A DNA stretch of 64,000 nt from a virus, in the IMG/VR virus record IMGVR_UViG_3300028607_002670; one strand, given 5' to 3'. The translations under genes were made by a program, and so were the position numbers. Below, one piece after another: positions 1-8,821 of this stretch; the first letter of the stretch is position 1, and the number at the start of each line of letters is the position of its first letter. Under the pieces are notes generated by a model, which worked only from the letters and a program-made list of their open reading frames with translations, was not told where the DNA came from and made no database searches.

Positions 1-303
1 ATTGCCTGCTATTTTAAGAGAAGATACATCTCCATTTACAGTGCTAACAGTACCTTCTATAACGTCAGCTTTAATATTACCGTTGGTGGTGGTAACATTC
101 TTTATAAGGTTAGCTGTTACATTACCATTCTCATTATTTAATGTTTCTATGTCACCAATCACTGTCACATGTACAACACCAGTGAGTTTTTGTTCCATAG
201 TTTTTCCATCTACAACAACTTCTCCATTATTTATAGAAATATTACTACCTGAGTAAGATGTTCCATTAACTTCTATACTCCCGTTATTCATAGTTATATT
301 CAA
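1..303 (-). CDS. partial CDS (C-terminus beyond window edge): beta-helical repeat protein, bactofilin-like pattern
   Basis: My translation of the minus strand from ATG 291 (or TTG 303, 6 nt after AGGAGAG) stays open to position 1: MNNGSIEVNGTSYSGSNISINNGEVVVDGKTMEQKLTGVVHVTVIGDIETLNNENGNVTANLIKNVTTTNGNIKADVIEGTVSTVNGDVSSLKIAGN. Short G/N/V/I-rich repeats. Absent from the ORF track because it runs off the edge. Confidence 0.5.
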   Translation of the reverse strand, partial: MNITMNNGSIEVNGTSYSGSNISINNGEVVVDGKTMEQKLTGVVHVTVIGDIETLNNENGNVTANLIKNVTTTNGNIKADVIEGTVSTVNGDVSSLKIAGN

Positions 304-375
304 TATTATCTCTCCTGTTTATTCAATGTGGTAATTGTAGCAGAATCCTTCCCGCTGTCAATATATTATTTAGGT

Positions 376-603
376 TTATTTCATACCTATCTTATCTTTG
401 AAATCTTCTTTACTTAGGGCATCTTCATAACAAATATGAGGTTGCATTTCAAACAACCAGAACTCTCCGCAAGACGGTTGATATTCTAAATAAGGATTAT
501 CCCCTTCACCTACCAAATTAGAATCTAGTTCAAAGTTCTCTCTTATGAACATGAGCATTTCCTCATCATAATCTAGCGTATAAAATGCATCTTCACCTAA
601 CAT
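376..603 (-). CDS. hypothetical protein (75 aa, acidic)
   Basis: ORF track; same strand as and tightly packed against the next gene (stop 607 / start 603). No family recognised. Confidence 0.5.
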   Translation of the reverse strand: MLGEDAFYTLDYDEEMLMFIRENFELDSNLVGEGDNPYLEYQPSCGEFWLFEMQPHICYEDALSKEDFKDKIGMK

Positions 604-606
604 AAA

Positions 607-1299
607 CTACTCCTCTAAATAACCATCTTTTCTAATGAGTAGTTCTTCTTTATGGTTACGTAAATATTCAAATATTTGTAACTTCCTTGAAGCTGCATTC
701 TTTTCAGGGACTATACCTTTTTTCTTCAAGAAAGTGTTTTGTCCTTTGGCTGTTTTACTTTCCGCAATCATTTGTTTATGTGCCGATGCATCGTTAAAAC
801 TTTTAAACCCGTATTTATCTTTATACTTGTCATAATGAGAAATCACTTTGTGAAACTCAGTATCAATTATCTGCATATTATCCTGACTTGTCAATAGTCT
901 TAGAAAATATATCAGAGCCTCTGGGACATTTGTACAACTTCCTGCGGGGTCTATATGATCAACATTATAAGTAGCAAACCTTTGCCCTTTAGGTTTTGAA
1001 GCTTTTAAAATCTTACCTGTTTGTTCACATATATAAGCTTTATAGGTTACTTGTTGCCCTTTCCTTTTACCCGTTTTAAAGTAAGTAGGGTTACCTTTGT
1101 CATCTAACTTAGGGATATCTACTTTCCTTTTAGCTTGGTAATCGTTTTTGAGAATCCAATCTGACCAAATACTTCTGAATTGGCTCCTCAACCAATCTAC
1201 ATACTGACCTTCTGTAGTCCAGATAGATCCTTCCCACTTCCAAGGTTGATGGTGTTGTATTTCCTTTAACAACTTGTTAATGAATTCATCTTCTTTCAA
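607..1299 (-). CDS. HNH-type nuclease-like protein
   Basis: YICEQTGK...ATYNVDHIDPAG...DNMQIIDTEFHKVISH resembles the HNH beta-beta-alpha-metal motif (C..C / DHI.P / N / H..H). Confidence 0.45.
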   Translation of the reverse strand: MKEDEFINKLLKEIQHHQPWKWEGSIWTTEGQYVDWLRSQFRSIWSDWILKNDYQAKRKVDIPKLDDKGNPTYFKTGKRKGQQVTYKAYICEQTGKILKASKPKGQRFATYNVDHIDPAGSCTNVPEALIYFLRLLTSQDNMQIIDTEFHKVISHYDKYKDKYGFKSFNDASAHKQMIAESKTAKGQNTFLKKKGIVPEKNAASRKLQIFEYLRNHKEELLIRKDGYLEE

Positions 1300-1300
1300 A

Positions 1301-1486
1301 TCAAACCCCTTCTACATAAGAAATAATTTCCACATCAGTGATATTTGCACAAGCTTCATAATTTTCCGTCAAGTCCATATACCAAAGTGTATCACCTTCT
1401 AAAGAGTAAGGTTTTACAAGGTTACCCTCAAAGAACAAAAGGTCATTTGTTTCAATGGCAGTATTTATTAAAGCTTTATTACCCAT
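1301..1486 (-). CDS. hypothetical protein (61 aa)
   Basis: ORF track; abuts neighbours at 1299/1301 and 1486/1486. Confidence 0.5.
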   Translation of the reverse strand: MGNKALINTAIETNDLLFFEGNLVKPYSLEGDTLWYMDLTENYEACANITDVEIISYVEGV

Positions 1487-1773
1487 TACATGAAGTCCTC
1501 GTACTTATCATAAAATTCATCTTCGGTAAGTTGATTCTTTGTAAGCAACACCTTTGTAATTGTTTCACCACAACCCGTATCATAGTTTATGAAAGTGCAA
1601 TCATCTTTAATGGAAACGCCTTCTTTTACCTCACCAGAGTATACATCACCTCTTGACACATAATAAAAATCACTTTCGTCTACAAAGAATTCACCTTCGC
1701 AATATTCCATGTAAGGATAGAAATCCTCATTTACTTCCTCTAGTACAGATTTAATCTTATCAAATAATGACAT
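1486..1773 (-). CDS. hypothetical protein (95 aa, acidic)
   Basis: ORF track; start/stop overlaps with both neighbours. Confidence 0.55.
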   Translation of the reverse strand: MSLFDKIKSVLEEVNEDFYPYMEYCEGEFFVDESDFYYVSRGDVYSGEVKEGVSIKDDCTFINYDTGCGETITKVLLTKNQLTEDEFYDKYEDFM

Positions 1774-2450
1774 TACACTTCCTCCAATAATTCCTGTGGC
1801 TCACGGAAACTACTCGGTTTAAGGTATTTACCTTTTGGAAAACGTTCATTGTTTTTAGAATCATATTTACTCTTGAAAATGTAAACCTGTTTACCTAAAA
1901 GTTCACCTTCTTCAAAATATACATCTTTGTAGCGACCTTTTTCCTCAATCTTATCTGCTTCTACTTCTGGGTCAACTGTACCAACCTCAGGGAATTTAGA
2001 AAGATTACTTTTGTTCACAGCATGTAGATAAGCAACAATATCACCTTCCACCGAATCGACAGCATCTTCAATAGCACCTAATGCATCCACATAGTTACGT
2101 TCACGGAAGAATCGGTAACCTTCGTACACAAGATCATCAACACTTCGCTCAGATTCATTTAGGTAAAGTGGTGCATTCTTGGTTAAGTAATCATCCCCAT
2201 CAACAATACACACCAATTCTGAAAGGGTTGTTAAAATATCCCCAAGGCCATCATGCAGCTCAACAATATCATTTTCATTAATAGCTTTCACCGTTTCTAA
2301 AAATTCACTCTCTGTTAGTGCAAATTGATTATCTTCATATTCAGCAGTTAATTCATTTCCAACACAAGCATTAATATTTCGTGCAGTGATATATACTTGT
2401 TGGATTGCTGCTGCTTTCTCTGCTTTGTTGCTACGTGATAATTTTGTCAT
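1773..2450 (-). CDS. MazG-like nucleotide pyrophosphohydrolase (tentative)
   Basis: EFLETVKAINENDIVELHDGLGDILTTLSELVCI resembles the MazG/all-alpha NTP-PPase E..E...E..D helix pair. Confidence 0.35.
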   Translation of the reverse strand: MTKLSRSNKAEKAAAIQQVYITARNINACVGNELTAEYEDNQFALTESEFLETVKAINENDIVELHDGLGDILTTLSELVCIVDGDDYLTKNAPLYLNESERSVDDLVYEGYRFFRERNYVDALGAIEDAVDSVEGDIVAYLHAVNKSNLSKFPEVGTVDPEVEADKIEEKGRYKDVYFEEGELLGKQVYIFKSKYDSKNNERFPKGKYLKPSSFREPQELLEEV

Positions 2451-2454
2451 AATA

Positions 2455-2706
2455 CTATTCTCCTACTTTTACATAAATTAAATTTGTGTTGAAAAGGTTT
2501 TCCAATTCATCTTCACCCTTTCCTGATAAATACCAATCATAAAAGAAGCCACAATCCCATTGATAAACTATGCCATTTTCAGGAATATCTTCTGGAGAAG
2601 TGATCTGTTTGTACTTAGAATAAGGTGTAGATAACTGTTCCCCAGTACCTGAGAGAGGTTTACCATTAATCGTCACAACTGCGTCTTCTGGACTGTAACT
2701 TTTCAT
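2455..2706 (-). CDS. hypothetical protein (83 aa)
   Basis: I prefer the internal start MKSYSPED at 2706, preceded by GAAGGAGAATAATATT. The longer track ORF (to 2805) would overlap the upstream gene by 95 nt. Confidence 0.5.
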   Translation of the reverse strand: MKSYSPEDAVVTINGKPLSGTGEQLSTPYSKYKQITSPEDIPENGIVYQWDCGFFYDWYLSGKGEDELENLFNTNLIYVKVGE

Positions 2707-2710
2707 AATA

Positions 2711-4264
2711 TTATTCTCCTTCGATGTGATCAATAATTTCGCCAGTGGATTTATTCTTTTGTACAAGTTTTGTCTTACCTTCTGAAGAAAGTTTTCTTTG
2801 CTCAAGTAATATCTCTTTAATGGAATCCATTGCGTCCACTAGGTCTTGCTTCTTACCAGATTTATATGCTTTCAGGTTATTATTCAAAATATGATCAATA
2901 ACACTATCATAAGATTCGATTATAACTTCTGCATTATCCTTATCGAACACTTCATAAGGTGCTGTAAAAAGGTTATTGTTTTCAATTGCAGAAGTATCTA
3001 CTTTGAAAGCTTTACACAATTTATAAAAATCCATCTTATCGTCATACGATCTTGTCATGTATGCTACAAGAAAGTAAGTATTCATATAAGTCATGGTATC
3101 AACGTCATGAAAATCTCCGTGACAGTCTGTGTATTCTACACCATTAGAAAGTAATTTTGCAAAGGTATCTATAGTAGCTTGTAAAACTTCTTTAGCCGTA
3201 GTACAAGGTTGTAATACTCTATAGGCTGCTTGAACACCAAAGTTCATATTGTAACCGCAATCTACTAGATGCCCTAATGCGTTGTAATTATCGGCTTGAT
3301 CTGAATTCAGAGCAGCTTGTGCCATTAAGAATTTAAAACCATACCCCTTAAGTTCAGGACTCCCTGATGTGGATACTAATTCTAAATTACCTGCACACTT
3401 ATCTGTGGCAGGAATAAGCATCAGTTGTGGATATTTAAAAGTGCCTTTCAAAGGATTATTCTCACCTGTGTGCAAATCAGCGTTTATAACACCTCCTGCA
3501 CTATTTAGGGAATCCTTATCTGACGAAACTAAGACGTAAGATAACCATCCGTTTTTAATATAATTCTTGTAACCCTCAGCTTTATAAAATTCACAAAGGT
3601 CATCACACTCTATATTCTCCCCGTCATAACGACTTACAGGTAACTCTGCTCCTAATTCTTCAACACACCAATCTCTCAACTTCTGTAGTAGTAACGGTCT
3701 TAAGGAGTCTACACGATTTCCTTTGTAAGCTCTCACTGTTGGTAGCTTGTCTCTAAATGTTTTACCTTTACCAAACAGAAGTTTGGTTTTATCTAATCCA
3801 TACTGAAGCTTAATTTGCTTAAGCTTTTTGTATACAAGTATCTTAGCCTGTTCCATAGCTTTGTCTTCATCGTACTTTAGTTTTTGTTTTTCCGTGATAA
3901 CAAAATCTTCGACCTTTAATGGTTCTAATCCTTCTACTTCCCTCTCTGTGTTAAGTAAGCCCAACCAAGAAGATTCTGAAATCTTTTTACCCTTTCCTTT
4001 GAACTCTGTCTTATTCTTCAAGTCGGCAGTGATGTCTCCACACACTACAGTTATAAACTTATTTTCCATTTGTTGTGCAATTCTATACGCTGGAGTATCA
4101 AAATCGAACACTGCAATGGTTTCGTCTGTTATTACACCTTCTTTACGGGGGTCTTTCACTTGAATCTCAGGAAACAATTTATTATCCGAATCATCTCTTA
4201 CAAAAGGTTTTTCCTCACCTTCCACCTTAGGAACATTCCCCATCACAAAACTAAATTCACTCAC
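2711..4264 (-). CDS. 5'-3' exonuclease / flap endonuclease (FEN, PIN-like) with C-terminal extension
   Basis: Ordered FEN motifs: IAVFDFDTPAYR (N-terminal acidic site), TFRDKLPTVRAYKGNR (YKxxR), NIECDDLCEFY (EADD-like), VLVSSDKDSLNSAG (DKD). Confidence 0.6.
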   Translation of the reverse strand: MSEFSFVMGNVPKVEGEEKPFVRDDSDNKLFPEIQVKDPRKEGVITDETIAVFDFDTPAYRIAQQMENKFITVVCGDITADLKNKTEFKGKGKKISESSWLGLLNTEREVEGLEPLKVEDFVITEKQKLKYDEDKAMEQAKILVYKKLKQIKLQYGLDKTKLLFGKGKTFRDKLPTVRAYKGNRVDSLRPLLLQKLRDWCVEELGAELPVSRYDGENIECDDLCEFYKAEGYKNYIKNGWLSYVLVSSDKDSLNSAGGVINADLHTGENNPLKGTFKYPQLMLIPATDKCAGNLELVSTSGSPELKGYGFKFLMAQAALNSDQADNYNALGHLVDCGYNMNFGVQAAYRVLQPCTTAKEVLQATIDTFAKLLSNGVEYTDCHGDFHDVDTMTYMNTYFLVAYMTRSYDDKMDFYKLCKAFKVDTSAIENNNLFTAPYEVFDKDNAEVIIESYDSVIDHILNNNLKAYKSGKKQDLVDAMDSIKEILLEQRKLSSEGKTKLVQKNKSTGEIIDHIEGE

Positions 4265-4682
4265 TAAACACCCCCTTTAAAATTTCTCTCTGTTGCTGCC
4301 CATCTATCCACTTTCTGGCAATTATATACGCTTTTACCAAAATAGTCTTCTCTTCTGAAGTGTTGTAAATTTCAGGGTAAATACCTATACCTCCAAAATC
4401 TTCACTGTGAAAAAGTAATTCTACTTCACCAAAACTAAATTTATAAGTGTAGTTATCTACTTTCTCCAAGTCTTCTGGACAATCCAAAATAGATTCCACC
4501 ACTTCCCAAATAGGAGAACTAATTTCAGATAAGTGTTTCTCCACTTCTGCGGCTTGTTCTTCTTTGGTTAAATGAATCTGCCTACTCCAAAGGTTTGTCC
4601 AATGGTACTCTAGTTTAAATTGTTTAGCCACTTCTGCTGAAAAATAATCTTCTGCTAATTTACGTGCCTTTGGTGTAATCAT
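4257..4682 (-). CDS. hypothetical protein (141 aa)
   Basis: ORF track; overlaps neighbours by 8 and 4 nt. Confidence 0.55.
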   Translation of the reverse strand: MITPKARKLAEDYFSAEVAKQFKLEYHWTNLWSRQIHLTKEEQAAEVEKHLSEISSPIWEVVESILDCPEDLEKVDNYTYKFSFGEVELLFHSEDFGGIGIYPEIYNTSEEKTILVKAYIIARKWIDGQQQREILKGVFSE

Positions 4683-4882
4683 TCTCCACTCTCCATTTCC
4701 ATAACAGAAAAAATATGGTCAACATGTTTACATAACTTTTTCCACTCTTTCTTATTTAAACAAGGTAAAGTTTGGGCAGGGATATCTTCTTCTTTGTAAG
4801 ATATCTGCACATAACCACCTACTTCAACCCATTCTTCTATTTCAAAATGTCCATCTTCTGTCTGTACTTTAATTTCAATCAT
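4679..4882 (-). CDS. hypothetical protein (67 aa)
   Basis: ORF track; 4-nt overlap with the downstream gene. Confidence 0.5.
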   Translation of the reverse strand: MIEIKVQTEDGHFEIEEWVEVGGYVQISYKEEDIPAQTLPCLNKKEWKKLCKHVDHIFSVMEMESGE

Positions 4883-4890
4883 AATACATC

Positions 4891-5076
4891 CTATACAATA
4901 AAATAAATACTAACCATCTCACCTATAGTGTTTGAAAAACTCTCGTAAAACCCGAATAGATTACCTTTCTTGTCGTAATAACTTGTCTTGTAGTGAAAGT
5001 CGCTCACTTCTATAATCTTTTTATCGTAAGCTGTTTTGTCAATATCTATCCAATCTTCTCTACTCACTAATTTCAC
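4891..5076 (-). CDS. hypothetical protein (61 aa)
   Basis: ORF track; 4-nt overlap with the upstream gene. Confidence 0.45.
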   Translation of the reverse strand: MKLVSREDWIDIDKTAYDKKIIEVSDFHYKTSYYDKKGNLFGFYESFSNTIGEMVSIYFIV

Positions 5077-5318
5077 AATAACACCTCTTTCAAAATTTCA
5101 ATAAACCTTTCCTTGATATTCCTTGCAGCAAACAATTCCTCTGCTGTTAAATGACAACCAGTATAGAAATGGTATTTTTCTAAACGTTCAACCACTTCCG
5201 CAAACTGGTTATCCTTTTCCTTCCAAGCTGCTTCTGCTGCAAGGTATTTCTCTTGGTAACATCCGTCATCTTCTATAAAGGAGATTTCTTCCCACCAAGT
5301 ATTAAAATCATTTTTCAT
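5073..5318 (-). CDS. hypothetical protein (81 aa)
   Basis: I prefer the start at MKNDFNTWW (5318), which fits a TAATTATG junction with the small upstream ORF. Confidence 0.5.
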   Translation of the reverse strand: MKNDFNTWWEEISFIEDDGCYQEKYLAAEAAWKEKDNQFAEVVERLEKYHFYTGCHLTAEELFAARNIKERFIEILKEVLL

Positions 5319-5320
5319 AA

Positions 5321-5425
5321 TTATAACCCCTTCCACCAATCACCACTTGCAGAAGTATCATTTTGGGTAAAGTAATTATCGCTACTGTGGTAATAGTTGT
5401 TGAACAAGGTGAATAACTTTTTCAT
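5321..5425 (-). CDS. possible small protein (34 aa)
   Basis: My translation: MKKLFTLFNNYYHSSDNYFTQNDTSASGDWWKGL. AAGGAA lies 7 nt upstream of the ATG. Too short for the ORF track. Confidence 0.3.
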   Translation of the reverse strand: MKKLFTLFNNYYHSSDNYFTQNDTSASGDWWKGL

Positions 5426-5448
5426 AATAGTTTCCTTTTAAGGTAGTA

Positions 5449-5476
5449 GCCCTTCCCAAAAGTGGAAGGGCTTTTG
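5449..5476. terminator. GC-rich hairpin downstream of the SPFH gene
   Basis: GCCCTTCC-CAAAAGT-GGAAGGGC followed by TTTTG on the plus strand and preceded by AAAA on the minus-strand reading. Lies just 3' of the stop at 5481. Confidence 0.4.
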
Positions 5477-5480
5477 TTGG

Positions 5481-6344
5481 TTACTGTTTACCAAACATGC
5501 GATTGCTTACACCCGAAGAGTTACCAAATTCAACAGGGACATACACTGTACCGTCACCTGCATTCTCTGCTAAAGTTTGCTGTACTTCTAGTTGCTTGAG
5601 TTGTAATAGTGCTGGTGTAATACCTTCTGCTAACATTTTATTCTCGTCACGGATAGTTTTTGCTTTAGTCATACGTACTTGGTATTCAGCTTCAGCGATC
5701 AACCGATCATTCTCCTTCTTGGTAAGCTCAATTTCACGGTTAGCCTCTTCCTTCGTAATAGCAAGCCTACGTTCCTCAGCAGCTTCAATAGCCTTTGTAA
5801 CAACATCAGGGTACTGGATATTACCGACTGCAACACTACTAATTTCCAGAGGTGTATTTGTTAAAGAAGTTATTAACACTTTACTAATCTCACCTGATAA
5901 TCGAGCGTAATTCTTATGAACATCATCTACAGAATATTGACTTACAATCTCACGAACTTTATTCTGAACTGCCATCTTACCATAAACTGCATACACTTCA
6001 CGGAATTGTACTAATTTATCTGGACCTGCTGTAATATCATTAAACATTGCGTTCAAAGTGTTCTTATCACCTTTCAATCGACCTTGGAAACGGACTTCAA
6101 CACGAAGGGTTAGCTTATCCTTCAACACAACTTTTACGTTTTCAGTGTACGTGTCCGTCTTTGTCTCAATAAGAACCAACTCTTCTCGCATACCTTCCCA
6201 ATATTTACCTGATGGTAGGATTTCTGGCTGATAACCACTCGGTGTTAAAAGTTTACCTACGTGGGCTGGTGGTACAGTTACTGGACTACAACCTGATAAC
6301 ACCATTGCACCTACTAATACAAACATTGCCATAACTTTATTCAT
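5481..6344 (-). CDS. SPFH/band-7 (prohibitin/stomatin-like) lipoprotein
   Basis: Signal peptide with lipobox MAMFVLVGAMVLSGC. The beta-rich SPFH-like core is followed by a long heptad helix (EERRLAITKEEANREIELTKKENDRLIAEAEYQVRM), the typical SPFH architecture. Confidence 0.6.
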   Translation of the reverse strand: MNKVMAMFVLVGAMVLSGCSPVTVPPAHVGKLLTPSGYQPEILPSGKYWEGMREELVLIETKTDTYTENVKVVLKDKLTLRVEVRFQGRLKGDKNTLNAMFNDITAGPDKLVQFREVYAVYGKMAVQNKVREIVSQYSVDDVHKNYARLSGEISKVLITSLTNTPLEISSVAVGNIQYPDVVTKAIEAAEERRLAITKEEANREIELTKKENDRLIAEAEYQVRMTKAKTIRDENKMLAEGITPALLQLKQLEVQQTLAENAGDGTVYVPVEFGNSSGVSNRMFGKQ

Positions 6345-6642
6345 TGATACTCTCCTCTGTTAATTTACTTTCTTGTTTAAGTTTTTCAAGCTTCTGCGCT
6401 TGCTTTTCTTCAAAAGATACACTTTCCACAATAACCTTTTCAGGTAATGGTGCTGGTGTAGATGTGAACCTTGAGTTGCTGGGTGTTTCCATTACAACAG
6501 GTGAAGTGAACCAAAATACAACAACTGCTAGTCCTGTAACAACCAAACTTTTGTACATCTTCTTTGTGTAAAAGATATAACCTAAATAGCAAATAACTAA
6601 TGTTGCCACGATTTGCATTATATCAAAATAATTAAAACTCAA
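6337..6642 (-). CDS. small membrane protein (2 predicted TM helices), overlaps the SPFH gene start
   Basis: Hydrophobic segments IMQIVATLVICYLGYIF and LVVTGLAVVVFWF. 8-nt overlap with 5481..6344. Confidence 0.5.
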   Translation of the reverse strand: MSFNYFDIMQIVATLVICYLGYIFYTKKMYKSLVVTGLAVVVFWFTSPVVMETPSNSRFTSTPAPLPEKVIVESVSFEEKQAQKLEKLKQESKLTEESINE

Positions 6643-6703
6643 CTTCCTCTCCTCTTCAAAATAGAGACCCCATATTACAGAAGTCTCACCTTCATGTCAA
6701 ATG

Positions 6704-7588
6704 TTATTTTACAATAACTTCTTCCAAACGATTAATCACATCAAACACCACTGGCAATTGTAATTGATACTGTGTCAAAAAGTTAACACTGTCCGAAGTA
6801 TCCTCATCTGGTTTAAATTTTAAATCTTCTAAAAACTTAACCGACTCAATTGATAAAGTGTTCGTCACATCACACTCAAATATTCCGTCGAATTCGATTT
6901 GTACGCTTTTGACCACATTACCTAAATCAGTCACCAATGATAAAATCTCATCCACTGCTGGGTAAGTTTTAGAAACTTTAATTGTAGAAGAAGATGGTTT
7001 TTTATCAAGAACACTCTTCTTACCTAGTGATACCTTTTCCACAAGAGTGAACGGGTCAGGAAGATTCTTACGTTCATCTAATAGGAAATCTGTTAGGATA
7101 GTTTCCGTTGCAACAGGTTCTGTTGAAAGTAATTCCAATTCAGAATAATCACCTTCGAAACAAGATAACAAATCTCCCATAATCATATCAGCAAAGTTAC
7201 GTGCTTCTGCAATCACCACTTTGCCCGTAGAGTTGTCAACAGCCACGATAGCAGCCTTTGAAGTATAACCAGTGTATTGCATTAACTCAAGGCGTTTCTC
7301 CTCTTGTACCGCGTTGTAGGTATCTTCATCTTGTGGTAAAGCTTTGTCTTCTATATGGGCAGCAGTTTGTTCTGCTAAAATAGTTTTATCTGGCTCTTTT
7401 CGAGAAGTGAATCGAATTTTGGCAACTTGGTAACCATTTACGTCTTGGATGTACGTTTCATCGAAAAGTGGATCAAATGAAACTAAAGTGGTTTGTTCTT
7501 TTGTAAGGGTGTTGACAGTTTTAGCAAGGATTGCTTCTTCGTTTAATTGGATATCACCTTTGAAATTGTACACTGCGAATTTTTTCAT
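6704..7588 (-). CDS. RdgC-like recombination-associated protein
   Basis: 294 aa. Collinear resemblance, from my memory of E. coli RdgC: MKKFAVYNF, NGYQVAKIRFTSRKEPDKTIL, DNSTGKVVIAEARNFADMIMGDLL, SVKFLEDLKF..DEDTSD. Confidence 0.5.
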   Translation of the reverse strand: MKKFAVYNFKGDIQLNEEAILAKTVNTLTKEQTTLVSFDPLFDETYIQDVNGYQVAKIRFTSRKEPDKTILAEQTAAHIEDKALPQDEDTYNAVQEEKRLELMQYTGYTSKAAIVAVDNSTGKVVIAEARNFADMIMGDLLSCFEGDYSELELLSTEPVATETILTDFLLDERKNLPDPFTLVEKVSLGKKSVLDKKPSSSTIKVSKTYPAVDEILSLVTDLGNVVKSVQIEFDGIFECDVTNTLSIESVKFLEDLKFKPDEDTSDSVNFLTQYQLQLPVVFDVINRLEEVIVK

Positions 7589-7618
7589 AAATATTATTCT
7601 CCTATTTGATTATCAACT

Positions 7619-7837
7619 TTAAGCTAAATCTATTCTGCAATTTCGGACGAGGATGTATGCTTCCTCTATCTTATGCAAATCTTCTAAACTTTCTATTTCT
7701 AGTGTATCCTCTATCTCTAAGAATTTATCTTGGAAATGTTCTACTACACCTTCTAGGTAATCTAGTATCTCCTCTTTCTGCTCATCAGATACTTCTTCGT
7801 TAAAAGGTATTCCTGATAAAATTTCATATCTATTCAT
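7619..7837 (-). CDS. hypothetical protein (72 aa, acidic)
   Basis: ORF track. The antisense ORF 7606..7803 looks spurious. Confidence 0.5.
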   Translation of the reverse strand: MNRYEILSGIPFNEEVSDEQKEEILDYLEGVVEHFQDKFLEIEDTLEIESLEDLHKIEEAYILVRNCRIDLA

Positions 7838-7869
7838 AAAAACATCCTATTTGATTGTATTATCCTTCT

Positions 7870-7897
7870 ATTCTACAGGAAGGAGATATTTTGTAAA
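7870..7897 (-). promoter_or_regulatory. candidate sigma70-type promoter (TTTACA-16-TAGAAT)
   Basis: Minus strand: -35 at 7897..7892, -10 at 7875..7870, upstream of gene 7619..7837. Confidence 0.4.
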
Positions 7898-7944
7898 GGG
7901 TTATTTGCAACAAATTTCCGATTATTTGTGGTCAATTCTGTGAT

Positions 7945-8160
7945 CTACCACTTCTTCTTACTTGGATCAAAGAACCAAAATCCAATTCCGAAAAGTATGA
8001 TTGATATTGCCATATGGAGTAACCACCAACCAAAGTTTGTTGCTGCGATAGTGAAAAACCCTTGATCAGTTTTAACCAATTCATAAATTGCGTGACCAAT
8101 CCAAAATAGGTTACCTGATATTAAACCTAACCAACCCATTGCAATCATTAAAATTCTCAT
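7945..8160 (-). CDS. small membrane protein (71 aa)
   Basis: Mostly hydrophobic, W-rich; 2-3 TM segments. Confidence 0.5.
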   Translation of the reverse strand: MRILMIAMGWLGLISGNLFWIGHAIYELVKTDQGFFTIAATNFGWWLLHMAISIILFGIGFWFFDPSKKKW

Positions 8161-8175
8161 CCTATTCTCCTATAA

Positions 8176-8364
8176 TTAATCGTTACCAGTGTAAGAACTT
8201 TTAAACAACACCGATGATAAAATTGAAATCCAAATACTGTCCAAAAAGGTTACATCTGGTAGATTGAAAAACTTCACCATAACGTCATCCCATAGACAAT
8301 AGATGATTGTTGGGCAAATTAGAAGTATTGCCATAACCGTGATTAAAATTCCGATAATTTTCAT
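8176..8364 (-). CDS. small membrane protein (62 aa)
   Basis: Hydrophobic N-terminus IIGILITVMAILLICPTIIY. Confidence 0.5.
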   Translation of the reverse strand: MKIIGILITVMAILLICPTIIYCLWDDVMVKFFNLPDVTFLDSIWISILSSVLFKSSYTGND

Positions 8365-8375
8365 AAACTTTTCTC

Positions 8376-8708
8376 CTACAAGTAATTTTCATTTAAAACT
8401 AATTCAAAACCGTCTGTGGTGCATTTATACCCTTCTATACGTGATCCACAATTTCCTTCGTATGCTAGAAATAATTCTTCATCCCCATCCATTGTAAAAT
8501 CACCACCTTTGTAACCTGTGAATGTTTCACCAACTGCATTTGCTAAACAATCCATCATTTCGGTAACAGGCACTTCACCACAAGGTTCTACTGCCAAATT
8601 GTCATAACTTCCACGATAGCTGTGTGCATTGGTGAATCCATTTTCAAAAACTGTATCCTTTGGTAATTCGGATAGCATATCATAAATTTCATATACTGTT
8701 GCGTACAT
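8376..8708 (-). CDS. hypothetical protein (110 aa)
   Basis: ORF track; AAAAGGAGAGAA upstream of the ATG. Confidence 0.55.
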   Translation of the reverse strand: MYATVYEIYDMLSELPKDTVFENGFTNAHSYRGSYDNLAVEPCGEVPVTEMMDCLANAVGETFTGYKGGDFTMDGDEELFLAYEGNCGSRIEGYKCTTDGFELVLNENYL

Positions 8709-8740
8709 TGTTCTCTCCTTTTAAAATGGAAGCTCTTAAC

Positions 8741-8772
8741 ACTTTGGATAAGAGCTTCCTTGTTGCGATAGG
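8741..8772 (-). terminator. hairpin (12-bp stem) in the leader between promoter 8776..8804 and gene 8376..8708
   Basis: GGAAGCTCTTAA-CACTTTGG-ATAAGAGCTTCC; followed by ATTTTAAAA on the minus-strand reading. Confidence 0.4.
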
Positions 8773-8775
8773 TGT

Positions 8776-8804
8776 ATCTTAGTGGAGGGGTGGGTTGTTG
8801 TCAA
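8776..8804 (-). promoter_or_regulatory. sigma70-type promoter (TTGACA-17-TAAGAT)
   Basis: Minus strand: -35 at 8804..8799, -10 at 8781..8776. Confidence 0.55.
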
Positions 8805-8821
8805 GGGTTTGTTTAAAAACT

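Noticed and set aside
5497-5910. Antisense ORFs inside long motif-bearing genes (also 635..835, 2846..3154, 3828..4163, 12851..13201, 13477..13860, 19988..20185, 21700..21960, 41257..41490, 50073..50339, 50812..51126, 55527..55811, 61349..61662)
   Set aside because: Each is fully embedded antisense or out of frame in a longer ORF with recognisable motifs or operon context. They are Ser/Leu/Cys-rich with no SD, as expected for shadow ORFs in AT-rich DNA.
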